Assembly: GCF_009914755.1 (NCBI RefSeq)
Contig: NC_060931.1
Reading direction: 5' to 3' (one strand)
Source of the DNA: the human T2T-CHM13v2.0 reference genome, Homo sapiens
Length of the DNA: 64,000 bases
In this document: positions 11,882 through 26,035 of the stretch, one piece after another
Numbering within the stretch: position 1 is the first letter of the stretch
How the letters are laid out: the number at the start of each line of letters is the position of its first letter
Made by a program: the position numbers and the translations under genes
The notes under the pieces: generated by a model
What the model was told of the DNA's origin: nothing
Database searches by the model: none
Seen by the model: only the letters and a program-made list of their open reading frames with translations

Positions 11882-14800
11882 ACTCCCACACACCAGGATG
11901 TCGATGGATGCATTTCTCCACCCCATTTGTAAAAGCAGTTTGGATAAGCTGATGCATCAGTTGTTTTTTAAAATTCATACGTTACAGGGGCAAATTGCTA
12001 TTTTCTGAGCATTTCTTCATTCACTGCTTTGTGCACCCGCCTACTAAGGCACACGTGATCAACGATGCCCTAGTGCATCAGATCCCTGAGGTCTCTGCCT
12101 TCCCCAGCCTTGAGGAACTTCCCCTGGCCATCCACAAGAGCCTCGAGCCCTACATCTATTACAGGAGCTGGGCCTTGGTGGGGCACAGGAGTGAAGTGTG
12201 AGATACCCTGGGATTCTTCTGATACTCTAATATTCTGTCTAAAAAGAGGCCTGCAGCCCCTTTAGAAAAGGTTCTTCATACGCTGAACCATCAGGATTAC
12301 CTGCAGCCACAACACAGATGGGAGTTTGTTCCAAGTTCAACTATGTAGGGGCTAGAGAAAGAGGTCAGACTGACACACATTCCTAACACCTTACAGATGC
12401 AATGGAGAAAATGGGTCTCTGCTTACTGGAAATTGCAACGTTAGTTTCTACATATAGGGGTTTGTGTAGTCATATGTTTGCCTGTCTGTCTGTATGGCTA
12501 CTTGTATTTTAAGAGGACTTGCTAGCCAGAAGGAAAGTGAGACACTCTATTGTGTCCTTCTCTTTTGTCAAACAGGTTAAAACAAACTATAAATGGATTG
12601 CTTACTGATCATTAAAAAAAGGCATGTAAATTGTTTAAACCCGAAGCACTAATAGAAGATCTAAATTTTCTATCTTTTGTCCATGATCTGTAAGCTTAAA
12701 GCTAACTATGAGTGGGTGAATTTTATTCAATTATATTAAAAATCAAGCAAACAAATACATCCTGGATGCGGAGACAGAAAAAAAGCCACTGTTTATATGT
12801 TTATTAATTTGATTAGCTGTTTTCAAACTTATAATGCAACCATTTATTCAGCGGGAAGAAAAAATTTTTTAAAAACCCTTGACTGATTTATTAATATATA
12901 ATTAAAATATGTGGGGGGAAACAGCATCAGGATGTTTAGGGTGAGAAGTTTGTTACACCAACTCATGTCAATGTTCCTCACTACTACTTCCAAGACTTTC
13001 TGGATTTCTGAAAGACTCCCCTGTTTCGTAGGCTTCCTACATAAAATGAACCCTAACTGAGACACACTAGATATAAAGGACTAGTCATTGTTTTCAATGA
13101 AAAGGTTAAATCCATCAGTTTATGTAAAAACTTATAGCTGCACAACAAAATAATGGTTTTATTCTCAGTTTCCTTCCCTCCACACAGTAGAGAAGCCAAT
13201 TTTCTGAATAATTCCCAGCAATGCCCAAGTTAAAATCTTCTGGTGTGTTGGAAGCTAAAACCACGGATGAATCATCCTATTGATGAATGGCCACACAAAT
13301 TCAGACCACACAAGACTTCACACTGGGCCTAGCATAGGTCAAAGATTTGTCAAGAATTTTGATTTCCTTGTGAAAAAATTGATGAATTAATATTTTAAAT
13401 TTATAATCTGGAAGAATTGACATGACAATATCTCTTCATAGATTTTTTCCGTTCTCTGACTTAATTAATGGTTGGATTCAGTTGAATGATAATAGTTACT
13501 AGAGAGTTGTTTTAAAAGTAAATTGTGTTTAAATAAATTAAATGTTTTCCTTTCCTCAAAAAGTTTGCTTAGTAATATACACTAAAATATATATCATGTT
13601 GTAACATATTTGAAGCCTTTTTAAAATGAGACAACAAACTATTGAGATTCCCAATAGTCATTTCCGGAGAGATGTCAGGATTATTATTATTGCTGTTACC
13701 AATGACAGTTTGCATCATACTACTTACTAACTGGAAAACACTATTTATAAGTTGTATTCTAAAACAATTGACTGTAACTCTTATTTTCATTAAGAGTTTA
13801 TGAATCAGATTATTGACTTCAATAAATCATACCATTTGCCCCTCTATGTCGTTTATAGTTGTACAAGGTCCAATCACAACCTGATCACTGCTATTAGTTA
13901 TTGCTTTTTCCATGTCTCCTTTCTCCAGTGAGCTACATTCCAAATCTCACAACAGGGTACATGGGCACTGCACAGGCTGCAAGGAGTGAGTCCCATTTAT
14001 CCTGACAAGACAAATAATACATAACTATTTTGTTACAATAAATTTTATTTTTTAGAAGTTTTAAGTTTACAGAAAAATTGAGCAGATTTCCTGTATATCT
14101 CCTGTCTTCACATAGACACAGCCTTCCCCACTATCCCCCACTATCAAATTCCCAATCCAGAGTGGTACATTTGTGACAATCTATGAACCTATGTTAATAC
14201 GTCATTATCATTCAAAGTCCATACTTTACATTAGGGTTGACTCTTGGTGTTGTACCGTCTATGGCTTTTAACATATGTATAATGACATGTATCCACCATT
14301 ATAGTGTCCTGTCAAACAGTTCTACTGCACTAAGTGTCCTCTGTGCTCTTCCTAGTCATCGCTTCCTCCTCTTTAATCCATGGCAACTACTGATCCTTTT
14401 ACTGCACTCATTGTTTTCCTTTTTCAGAATGTCACATAGTTGGAATTACAAAGCACGTGTAGTCTTTTCAGATTGGTTTCTTCCATTTAGCAATATGAAT
14501 TTAAGGTTCCTCTATGTATTTTCCTGGATTTATAGTTCAGTTATTTTTAGGGCCGAATAATATTCTGGTGTCTAGAATTATTACAGTTTGTCTGTATGTT
14601 CACCTGTGAAGGACATCTTGGTTGCTTCTAAGTTCTGGCAATTATGAATAAAGCTGCGGTGCACATATGTGTGTAGGTTTTTGCATGGATGTAAGCTTAC
14701 AACTTATTTGAATAAATACCAAGGGGAGCAATTGCTGAATCTTATGGTAAGAGTATGTTTAATATTGTGGGAAACTGCCCAACTTTCTTCCAAAGTGGCT

Positions 14801-15758
14801 GTACCATTGTGCATTCCCACCAGTGTGAATGAGATTTCCTGTTGCTCTACAGCCTTGTCAGCTTTTGATGTCATCAGAGTTTTGAATTTTGGCCATCTAA
14901 TGGGTGTGTAGTGGTATCTTTGTTAAATTTGCAATTCTCTATTGACATATGTTGTTTATCATATGATTATTTGCCATTTGTATATCTGCTTTGGTGAGAT
15001 GTCTGTTCAGATATTTTGCCCACTTTAATTGGGTTTATTTTTATATTGTTGAGTTGTAAGCCTTCTTTGTATATTTTGATTAATAGATTAATTAATTGAT
15101 TTATTAGATATGTATTTTGCAAATATTTTCTTACAGCCAGTGGCTTACCTTCTCATTCTCTTGACAGTGTATTTCACAAAGTGGGTTTTTAATTTTAATG
15201 AAGTCTAGCTTATAAATTTTGTGGGTTTTTTGGTGATCATGACTCCGGTGAGGTCATATACATTTTCTCCTGTGTTATCTTCTAAAAGTTTTACATTTTT
15301 GCATTTGACATTTAGGTCTATGATACATTTTGAATTAATTTTGTGAAAGGTTTAAAGTCTGTGTCTAGATTCATTTGCTTTTTACATGTGGATGTTTAGC
15401 TGTTCAGTACAATTTGATGAAAATAATACTATTTTCCCATTGCATTGCCTTTGCTCCTCTGTCAAAGATTAGTTGACTATATTTATATTTGTCTATGAGT
15501 CTCTATTCCATTCTATTGATCAATTTTTCTATTATTTGCCCACACTACACTCTTTCAATTACTATAGCTTTATAGTAAGTCTTGAAATCAGGTAATGTCT
15601 ATCCTATAACTTTTTTTTCATTAATATCATGTTGCCAATTGTGGGTTTTGGCCTTTCCATAATAAATTTTAGAATAAATTTGTCTATATCTACAAAAATA
15701 ACTTGAGATTTTGATTAGGGTTGCATTGAATCTATAGATCAAGTTGGCAAGAACTGAT

Positions 15759-16053
<295 letters not shown>

Positions 16054-17178
16054 AAGAACTGATATTTTGACAATATTCAAATTTCCTATCTGTGAATATG
16101 TTCCATATCTTTTTAAAATTTAGTTCTTTAGTTTCTTTCACCAGAGTTTTTAGTTTTCCTTATATAGATCAGGTACATATTTTGTTAGATTTATACCTAA
16201 GTACTTCGGTTTTGGGAGTGCTAATGGAAATGATATGTTTTTTACTTCAAATTCCAGTAGTTCTTTGCTTGTATATAGAAAATTAATTGACTTTTCTATA
16301 TTAACCTTGCATCCTGAAACCTTACTATAATTGTTGATTAGTCCCAAGAGCTTTTTATCCATTCTTTTGGATTTTCACATAAACAAACATGTCATCTGAG
16401 AACAAAGAGTTTTATTTTTTCCTTCCCAATCTGTATACCCTTTTATTGTCTTTTCTTTTTTTATTCCTTTTTCTTGTTTTATTGCATTAGCTATGACTTC
16501 CAGTACAATTTTGAAAAGGAGTGGTAAGAAAGTGCATGCTTGCTTTGTTCTTGATATTAGAAGGAAAGCTTCTAGTTTCTCACCATCAAGTAGGGCATTC
16601 CCTTAATTTCTACTTTGCCAGGAGTTTCTCTAATGAATGGGTGTTAGATTTTGTCAAATGCTTTTTCTGTATATATTGATATGATCATGGGGTTTTTCTT
16701 TAGTCTGTTGATGTGATGAATTACATTAATTGATTTTCAAATGTTGAACCAGGCATTTTTACACAGGATAAATTCCACTAAGTTTTGTGGTATAATTCTT
16801 TTTATGTATGGTTGCATTTGATTTGCTAATATTTTGCAAAGAATTTTTGCTTCTGTGTTTATGAGAGATATTGGTCTGTAGGTTTCTTTTCTTGCAATAT
16901 CTTTTTCTGGCTTTGGTTGTAGGGCAGTATAGGCCTCATGCAACGAGGAAACAGTCCCTCTGTATCTATCTTCTAGAAGAGAGTTTAGAGATTTGGTCTA
17001 ATTTCTTCATTAAATGTTTGGTAGAATTCACCAGTGAACCCATCTTGGCCTGGTGTTTTCTATTTTAGAAGGTAATTAATTATTAATTCAATTTTTTAAA
17101 TAGACATAGATCTACTTATATTGTCTATTTTTTCTTATTTTAGTTTGGCAGATTGGTCTTTTAAGAAATTGTCCATTT

Positions 17179-17579
17179 TAATATGGTTTGGATGTCCTGC
17201 CCAAATATAAAACTGAATTGTAATCTCCAATGTTGGAGGTGGGGCCAGGTGGGAGGTGTTTGGATCATGGCAGTGGATCCCTCATGGCTTGGTGTTAACT
17301 TCACAATAGTGAGTTCTTATGACATCTGGTCATTTAAAAATGTGTGGCACCCCTCCCCTACCCACCTATTCTTGCTCTCTCTCTTGCTTTTGCTTTTGCC
17401 ATATGATGCACCTGCTCCTTCCTTATCTTCCGCCACGACTGGAAACTTCCTAAGGCCTCCCTAGAAGCAGATGCTGCTATGCTTCCTGTACAGCCTGCAG
17501 AACTGTAAGCCAATTAAACCTCTTTTCTTATAAATTACTCAGTCTCAAATATTTCTTTATAGCAGTGCAAGATAACACA
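17179..17579 (+). mobile_element. MSTB-like MaLR solo LTR inserted in L1MC
   Basis: Starts TAATATGGTTTGG, contains TGTTGGAGGTGGGGCC...GCTTCCTGTACAGCCTGCAGAAC...CCAATTAAACCTCTTTTCTTATAAATTAC, and ends ...ACA. The L1 sequence resumes after it. Confidence 0.92.
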
Positions 17580-20500
17580 TATGTCATCTAGGTTATCTAA
17601 TTTGTGAGCTTAGATATGTTCATAATATTCTTTTCTTATCTTTTTAATGTTCATAGGCTCTATAGTGGTGTCTCCTCTTTCATTTCTGGTATTAGTAATT
17701 TTGTTTTCTTTCTTTTTTTTTGTTAGTAAACCTGGCTAGAGGCTTATCAATTGTATTGGTTGTTTCAAAAAACAAGCTTTTGGTTTTCTTGATTTTCTCT
17801 ATTGATTTTCTGTTTTCAATTTTATTGATTTATGCTCTGAGTTTTATTATACTTTTTATTTTGCTCAGTTTTGATTTAATTTGCTTTTCTTTTTTTAGTT
17901 TTCTAACTTAGAAACTAGATTATTGACTTTAGCTCTTTCTTCTTTTCTAATGTATGCATTCACTGGTAAATTTGTCTCTAAGTACTGTTTTTGCTGCATC
18001 TCACAATATTTGGTAAGTTGTATTTTCATTATTATTTAGTTCAGAGTGTTTTTAACTTTCTCTTAAGATTGTTTTCTTTGACTTATGTGTTGTTTTTAAA
18101 TGTAGTGTTTTATTTCCAAGTATTTGGGGATTTTCCAGCTACCTTTCTTTTATTATTGATTTCTAATTTGATTCTATTGTGGTCTGAGGATAGCCATTAT
18201 GTAATTTATATTTACTTAATTTGTTATGGAGTATTTTATGGTCCAGAATATGCTTTATGTTGGTGAATGTTCCATGCAAGTTTGAGAAGGATATGTATTA
18301 TAATGTCATTGGATGAAGTAGTGAATAGATGTCAATTATAATATTCAATTATTTGATGGTGCTGTCAAGTCCAACTATGTCCTTAGTAATTTTCTACCTT
18401 CTGGATTTCTACCTTCTACCCTCTATAATAGAGGGGTGTTGAGACTTTAGATTATAATAGTGGACTAATCTATTTCTTCTTGAAGTTCTATCAAATTTGT
18501 CTCATCTATTTTAAAGCTCTGTTAGACACATGCACATCAAGGATTTAGATCTCCTCAGAGAACTAACTGCTTTATTGTTATGTAATACCACTCTTTTATC
18601 CATGATAACTTTTCTTGCTCTGAAGACTGCTTTGCCTGAAATTAATATAGTTAGTTACACTTTCTTTTGATAAGTATTAGCACCTTTCTCCATTCTTTTA
18701 ATTTTAAATTGTATATATTTTTATATTTAAAGTGAGTTTCTTGTAGATAACCTGTACTTAGGTCTTATTTTTAACACACTCTGACAATCGCTGTCTTTTA
18801 ATTTGTATATTTAGACCATTGGCATTTAAAGTGATTATTGATATGTTTGTTTGGATTAATATGTTACTGTTTTCTATTTGTTGCTCTTGTTCTTTCTATT
18901 GTTATCTTTGACTCTTTTCTTCCTTTTGTTGTTTTAATTAAGCATTTTATATGATTTACATTTTATATGATTTCTATGATTACATTTTCTCTCCTTTCTT
19001 AGCATATTGATTATACTTCTTTTTTCCCTCTTTTAAACCTATTTCCCTAGAATTTGCAATACACATTTACAACAAACCCGAATCCACTTTCAAATAACTC
19101 GAAACAGTTTCATAGGTAGTGCAAGTACTTTACAATAATAAAATATTCCTAATTCTTTCCTTCTATCTCTTGACACATTGCTGTCCTTCATTTCACTTAT
19201 ACATAATTATACATAAGCATATGTATATACATAAGCATACACAGTTGAATACTTTGTTGCCGTTATTGTTTTGAGCAAACTGTTATCTGTTAGAGCAATC
19301 CAAGATAAATAAAATATTTTTTCTGGCTTTCACTTGTCTCTTCTTTAATGCTCTCCCTTTCTTTATGCAGATGTGACTATCTGACATATATGTTATTTTT
19401 CTTTCTGAAAAATTTCTTGTAACATTTCTTGCCTAGCAGTCTACTGGCAACAAATTCCCTCAATTTTTGTTCAGGAAAGTCTTTATTTCTCCTTCACTTT
19501 TGAAGAATGATTTTGCAGGGTACAAAATTATAGGATTTATTTTTCTTCTCAACACTTTAAATACTTCTTTCCACTCACTTTTTGCTTGCATGGTTTTTGA
19601 GGAGAAGTTATATGTAATTCTTATCTTTGATCCTCTATATGTAAAGTGTTTTTTCTTTTAATATATTTTTTAATCTTTAATTTATTGTGGTTTAGTTATG
19701 TTATATGTAGATGTCTTTTTTAGGCATTTATCCTACTTGATGCTCTCTCAGCTTCTTAGATATGTGATTTTGTGTCTGATGTTAATTTGGGGTAAATTTG
19801 CAGTCATTATTGCTTTATATATTTTTTGTTTATTTCTCTCCTACTAATATTCCCATTACATTCATGTTACATCTTTTGTCCCATAGTTGTAGTTGTCTCA
19901 CAGATCTTAGATGATCTGTTTTATTTTTAAAGTCTTTTTTTCTCTTTAATTTTTTCATTTGGAAGTTTCTATTGACATAGCCTCAAGCTCAGGGATATTT
20001 TTCCTTAGCTATGTCCAATCTACTAATGAGCTCATCAAAGGCAGTCTTCATTTCTATTAGTGTTTTTGATCTCTAGTATTTCTTTTTTATTCTTTCTTAG
20101 AATTTCCATTACTCTGATTGCATTATCTGCCTATTTTTGCATATTGTCTACTTTCTTCATTATATCCCTTAGCATCTTAATCATAGTTTTTAAGATTTCC
20201 TCACTGATTATTCCAACATTCCTGCCATATCAGTCTGTTTCTGATGTTTGCTCAGTCTCTTCGAATTGTGTTTCTTTCTTTCAGTGTGTGTTGTAATTTT
20301 TTCTTGATAACCAGGCATAATGTGCTAAAAGAAACTGTGTAAAAGAAGCTGTGATAAACAGGCCTTTTACAATGTGGTGGTAAGTTGTTGGGGAAGGAGA
20401 AGCACTCTATAGTTCTATGATTATGTCACAGTCTTTTAGTGAGCTTGTGCCCCAGACTAAGAATTTCACAAGTCATTCTGAGTTTTCCCTCCCCACCCCG

Positions 20501-21179
20501 CAGTTGGGACAGGAAAGCTAGAGTGGGCTGGAGTTGGATATTTCCATTTCCCAATGTGGAAGGTTAGAGGGAGCAGGACTAAGGTATTTCCCTCCCCCAG
20601 GTCAGTTGGGTTCTATAAATCCCCAATAGGTTAGACTCTGATAATGTAGTTTCTCTCGATGGCAGGCCTTGCCAAGAAGAACAAAATGCTCTGGCACATT
20701 TTAAAATGATTACTTATCCCCTCCCCATGCCTAATGGCCAAAGGGATTTTTCTCTGCTCTTCACTGTGCAAACCTGGCAGAGCTCCTGGAGGTAAAACTC
20801 ACAGAAGTGTGGGGGTCTCCCATGACTTGTCCCCCTGGTGTTTTTATTGCTCAGATTTTTCTCCACTGAGCCTCCAGCAAGTCATCAATTATCTATAGTT
20901 CAGGTTTTTCTGCCTGGCACTGGTTCTTGTGGAAGTTTCTGCTCATAGGTTTATTCCCCGGTAAGTTGTGATTCTTAGTATCCTTCTGTCTGTCTATTGG
21001 GGGGCAGCATTTTTGCACTGTGATCTCACTTCTCTGATGTACCTAAGAACTGTTGATTGTTCAGTTTGTTCAGCTTTTACTTGCTGTTAGAATAAAATGT
21101 CAACTTCTAAGCTCTTCACATGCTGGACTAGAAACCGGAAGCCTCACACATAACTTTTGAAACTAAAACTCACGTCACC

Positions 21180-21490
21180 TGAGGAGGGAGGAGGGAATGA
21201 AGATATGCTAGTCAAAGCGTACATAATTATGGTTGGATAGGGGAAATACATTTCCAGAGATCAACAAGGATCTCTGTACAACAAGGTGATGATACTTAAG
21301 GATGATATATTCTTGAAAAATGTAGAGAGTGAATGTTAAGTGCTCTCACTACAAATGATATCTATGTGAGGTAATTCATTTGTTAATTAGCTAGATTTAA
21401 CCATTCCACAATGTATATGTACTTCAAAACATCATATTGTATATGATAAAAAAAAATGTTATCTGTCAATGTTTTTAAAAAAGAAAAAAT
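21180..21490 (+). mobile_element. L1MA 3' end fragment
   Basis: TATGTGAGGTAATTCATTTGTTAATTAGCTAGATTTAACCATTCCACAATGTATATGTACTTCAAAACATCAT followed by an A-rich tail. Confidence 0.85.
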
Positions 21491-21629
21491 ATAACCTTAA
21501 AAATTAAATCTCAGAAAGTGCATACATAGGCTTTAAACTCCAATGGCAAAAATGAATTTGATTGCAATAATTATAATATCTAGAAATTAAACTAATTAGT
21601 TTATAAATTAGGCTTCCAGACTAGTAATG

Positions 21630-22078
21630 CTGATTATTCTCCATTTGTTCCCTCTGCTCCTTTCAAGATTAATTTTCTGCCTTCTCTGCCCTTCCTTATT
21701 CCTGGGGATCCCATTGTGCTCTTCATCATTCCTTTGGCCTCCTGTTGGGTTTGGCCAATGGAAGATTCCAGCTGGGAAACAGAAGATGAAAGGAGAATCA
21801 GTGTGGCCTAGCCCTTCCCAGCTTTATCTCTGCTTTGATGCTTCAATTCTACAGGGGTCTGCGGCTTCGAATGAGTGGCTCCAAGTCCAGAGCTCCAGCT
21901 CTGGCTTAGGCACCAGTATTTCTTCCATTTGCTCCATCATCTTAGGAATGCTACTGGCTTCCCTTTGATGATGATCATAGGGACCTCAACATCCCATACC
22001 CTCCTCACATCTAAAAATTCTCTTCATTAAGATCCCCACAGTTAACTCTTGTTTCCTACAAGGATCCTGACTAAGGCA
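21630..22078 (+). mobile_element. LTR33-family (ERVL) solo LTR
   Basis: TGGCCTCCTGTTGGGTTTGGCCAATGGAAG and the terminus TGTTTCCTACAAGGATCCTGACTAAGGCA are typical of the LTR33 group. Confidence 0.7.
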
Positions 22079-22419
22079 CTATAATTCTATAAAATTAGCA
22101 GAAATGTCTATCAGTTGTGCATATAAAACCAGGTATTTAACGTTGTTAAACAAACAACTTCTAACTAGTGAAGGATAACACCAAAAACGTAGACACAAAT
22201 GCAAAAAGTATGAATGTGTGCAAAGAAGACTCTGGTCTTCTTTAGGGTCATGGAATATGCTTTGTAGCATGTTTTGCTATGCTTTTACTTAAACTCGTTT
22301 AGTTGTGTATATTGATTTAATCATCACTATTATTATTTACCCATAGTTTTATATCTTACAGATATTTTTATATACTTATATGTAATATTATATACAGATA
22401 TAAAAATATATCTAGTTAC

Positions 22420-22640
22420 CTCCTGGGTCCCCTCTTCTTGAGCTATGGCCTGGAAACCCTCCACAAGTAGCAAGCTATGGCAATCATATATGTCATTTGT
22501 ATCCTCTCTCTCAGGGGCCATTGTCCTGTGACGTTATATATCTAATATATAAAAATAATTGTCTATACAGCTTGCTTGTTTTTTTTTTATTATGTTTCAG
22601 GCTGGAAACAATGTTACTCTATTTGGACAGATTGAGTCAC
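22420..22640 (-). mobile_element. L1ME 5'-end fragment
   Basis: GGCCTGGAAACCCTCCACAAGTAGCAAGCTATGGCAATC...CTCTCTCAGGGGCCATTGTCCTGTG resembles an antisense L1MEd/f 5' end. Confidence 0.55.
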
Positions 22641-22819
22641 TTTACTTTTAAAATAAAATTATTTTTATGACCTCAAAGAATAGTTTATGTAAGGAAAATG
22701 ATATGATAATGATTTTAATTTATCAGTGTAAGAATTTACAAGACTAATATATAGATCTTCTAAAACTTTGTGTTATTTAATATATTCTAAAACTAAAAGT
22801 GAAATAGAGATACATGTAT

Positions 22820-24070
22820 TGATTCATTCATTCATTTAGGTATTTATATATTCTTGCAACAAATATTTATTGGGTACCTGTCTATGTGCCAGGTAGAATG
22901 TCTAATGCTGTGGAAACAGGGGTAAACTAGACAGCTGGGGTGTTTAGATTCTAGTTTGTGAGATAGACACTAAAATAAATAAATGAATTACAAATTTACT
23001 AAGTGCTAAGAGGGCAATCATAGGACATTCTCCGAGGAGGTAATATCTTTGTTGTTAAGACCTGAAATATGAAAATAACCCATTCAGAGGTAGAACTATG
23101 GAAAGAGTTTTTCAGATAAGGCGGGATCAGAAGTCTAAAGGCCCTGAAGTATTAAAAAGCTTGTTGTGTTTCAAGAATGGAAAAAAGGTCAATAGCTTGA
23201 AATGACTGTGGGGGACAGTGGTAGAAAATGAGAGCAGAAAGCCAAATCCATGTTGGCCCTTATGGGTCATGATAGAGAATTTAGATTTCATTCTGAGGAT
23301 AATGAACAACTATGGAAGTATCACAACAAAGTGATGATGTGATCTGATTTCAGTTAAAAAAAAAGGTTGCTCAGTTGCTTTGTGGAGAATGAATCTTTGA
23401 AGGTAAGAAGAGAAGTCAAAGGGTGAATTAAGAGGCTATTGCAGCAATCCAGGTGAGAATTATAGGGATTTGTGCTCGGGTGGCAATGGAAGTAGAGAAA
23501 ATTTGGATATTTTTGTGATATGTTTTGAAGGTAGAACTTATGTGATGTCCTGATGTATTGAATGTAGGAGCAGAGAAAACAGAAGAATCAGTGAAGACTC
23601 CTCAAATTTTGGCTAGACCTACTGGGTGTTTGATAGTACATTTAATAAAAGATTAAAAATTCAGCCTGAAGCAGGCTGGGGAGAAGACAGAGGGACATAA
23701 AGAGGTCTATTTATACATATGAAGTTTAAAATACTCATTAGTCATACAAGTAAAGAAGACAAATAATTAAACATACAAATCCAGATATCAATGTGAGAGA
23801 CATCAGCATATAGATGGTACTTAAAGTTATGAGATAAGATGAAACCATCAAGGGAGAAAATATGGATAGATAACAGGGGCCAGGCCCAAGCCCTAAGGAC
23901 TCCATCATTCAAATCAGGTAGAGAGGAAGGAACCCACAAGAGATGAACAAAGTGGTGGGGAGGTGGGAGGGCAACCAGGTAAGTGTGATGCTAAAGAAGC
24001 CAGGACCAGTGTTCCACTGTGCGCAACGCTGCTAAGAGGTTAGAGAAGGACGAAGACAGAAAGTGTCAGA
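22820..24070 (-). mobile_element. L2, long 3' portion
   Basis: ATTCATTCATTCATTT...CAACAAATATTTATTGGGTACCTGTCTATGTGCCAGG, with continuous L2-like purine-rich sequence including AAGAGGCTATTGCAGCAATCCAGGTGAGA. Confidence 0.88.
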
Positions 24071-24099
24071 GTTTTACTGAATCAAAAAAAGAGATGTTA

Positions 24100-24870
24100 C
24101 TTTGATGCAAATTAGGGCCACCTGTGAAGCATGAATAAATTACTGAAAAAATGGTCATAATAAAATATGCAAGGGAAGGAGACATACGGATTTTGATGAA
24201 CCTTCTAAAAATGGCATCCTACATAGACACTCTTTTGAATTTTGTTCTTTGGAAGAATGATGCCTGGAGTTAGTAGGTACATTTAGGGAGGGATCTTTGC
24301 ATTTGCAAATGAATATATAGGGCATGCTGTTGCCTTTGGAGAAGGTTAATTTTCTGTCGACTTGTTCTAAATATAGAGAGAAAGGTGATTGCTAGGAGGA
24401 ATAAAGGCATTTTAAAATGTTTTTTTTTTCTGAATATTTTTGCCCAATAAAGGTTATTTGTAGTAAGGTGGTGAAAGTAAAGAATTAGATCCCTACAGAG
24501 GAGAAGATCAGTGATAAAATTCAGCATGATGTGAAAAGAGAAATGGAAACATATCCTGATAACTGGCTGATGAAATTCCATGTGAAGAAATGTCAAATAA
24601 TGAAGAGTGGGTCAAAGTTCCAGCAAAAGGAACTATATAAAGCCTAGCAGCATGAAGAGGTAGAGAGTTCTGTGGGACTGGGAAAAATAAATTCCAAAGT
24701 CTCTGGCACAGATCGAGAGTGAACAGTATAAAGAGTGGGAACCAGAAAGAGTCTGAATGAATGTAAGTGGAAAGAAATGACTGCACGCCCCTATAACGGA
24801 TTAATGAGGCTACATATAAATTGTGGTTAGCGTTTCTTGTCACACTATGATAAAAAGTGTGTGGGGAAAG
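24100..24870 (+). mobile_element. Ancient CR1/L3-type LINE ORF2 (RT and C-terminal region) remnant
   Basis: From 24513 the sequence translates DKIQHDVKREMETYPDNWLMKFHVKKCQIMKSG (CR1-type: IQRDLDRLEEWA..NLMKFNK.KCKVLHLG). From 24789, in the same frame, it translates PYNGLMRLHINCG*RFLSHYDKK (CR1-type: [24 protein letters not shown]). Stop codons lie between the two motifs. Confidence 0.72.
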
Positions 24871-25233
24871 CGAGGGATGATGAAGGGGATCTGTGAAGTA
24901 TTTGGTCAGGTCATGGAAAGTACAGCATCCTCCTGATGGGGTTGGATCAGGGTGGCCTGTAAGTGGAGTGAGCAAGACAGATGACATCATCCACAGTGGA
25001 TCATTCCTGTGGTCTTCTGGAAATTTCTAGGCAAGGAGGGGGGCAAAGGACCATATAATTATAAAGCCTGAGTGGAGGGCAGGGGTGGTTGGTTTGGATA
25101 ATGATGGCCTGATCCTTTTAGAACTTCTGTGGCACTTTTTACCTTCCTCCCCATCACCCCACCCCTCTGGGAGTTAGGCAGGTAAAACGTTTTCTTTGTT
25201 CCTGTGTTCATCCATGCTATTGTTGCTCAATTC

Positions 25234-25463
25234 CGTGGCTAAGTTCCTTCAAGACTGGAGAGTCTGCCTTAGTCGTGTTAATGTCCACGCGGTAACAGTT
25301 TAGAATCTTACGTGTCGGAAAAAATCAGCAGAGTTTGTAGGTTCATCCTCCGCCAAAATATGAGTGGCTTTTCACCGGCGAAGTTTTTCAACCGCCTGGA
25401 AGAAGCCATTTGAGGTTTTTGCTGGGCTGAATGTACATTTTTTGGACACTAAAAAAGCACAAG
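25234..25463 (+). promoter_or_regulatory. Small CpG-retaining unique segment, candidate promoter/first exon or enhancer
   Basis: 10 CpGs in 25234-25394 in otherwise CpG-depleted DNA. E2F-like CCGCCAAA (25350-25357), HRE-like TACGTG (25309-25314), and a donor AAG|GTCAGT after 25463. Confidence 0.4.
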
Positions 25464-25814
25464 GTCAGTCTATTTTAGTCGCTACTCAAGATGTAGTCAT
25501 TATTATGAGACATGTGTTTAAAAACATATTTTCTAACGTTCCTTTTTGAATATGCACTTCAGAGGTGTGTGTCATTGTGGCTAACCAGCATTAGCATGAC
25601 TGATGATTACTGTTATTGTGTGTATGGATGTCCTTATATGACTGTGGAAAGGAGTCCACAGGCTGCCTGATTAATGCATTTTAAAAGTGATTCCTCCAAA
25701 GACAAGAGAGAACTTGTTCATAATTATAAAGAAATTATCTTCTAATACACACACCAGCATTCCTTTTTTTAAGCTCACTTAAAAAAATGCATCTATATGA
25801 CTGTGTCCTACAGA

Positions 25815-26035
25815 GTAACCATTTATTATACTTTCCAAGTGCCAGTTACCAGAATTGCTGTTCTGTTCATTATCTCATTTAATACTCAAAAGAATCTCAA
25901 GTTGTGTTTCTCAATCAATAGACGAAGATACCAGGGCTCAGAGAGGTTAAGTTCCTCAGGGTCATATTATGAGTTAAGCAAAGACATGGCATACAAATCC
26001 AGGTTTTCTGATCCCAAACCACACACTCTTTTTAT
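25815..26035 (-). mobile_element. MIR SINE
   Basis: CATTATCTCATTTAATACTCA...GGCTCAGAGAGGTTAAGT...AAATCCAGGTTTTCTGATCCCAAA. Confidence 0.8.

Noticed and set aside
24508-24990. 160-aa - strand ORF
   Set aside because: Antisense shadow of the CR1 remnant, with no protein features.
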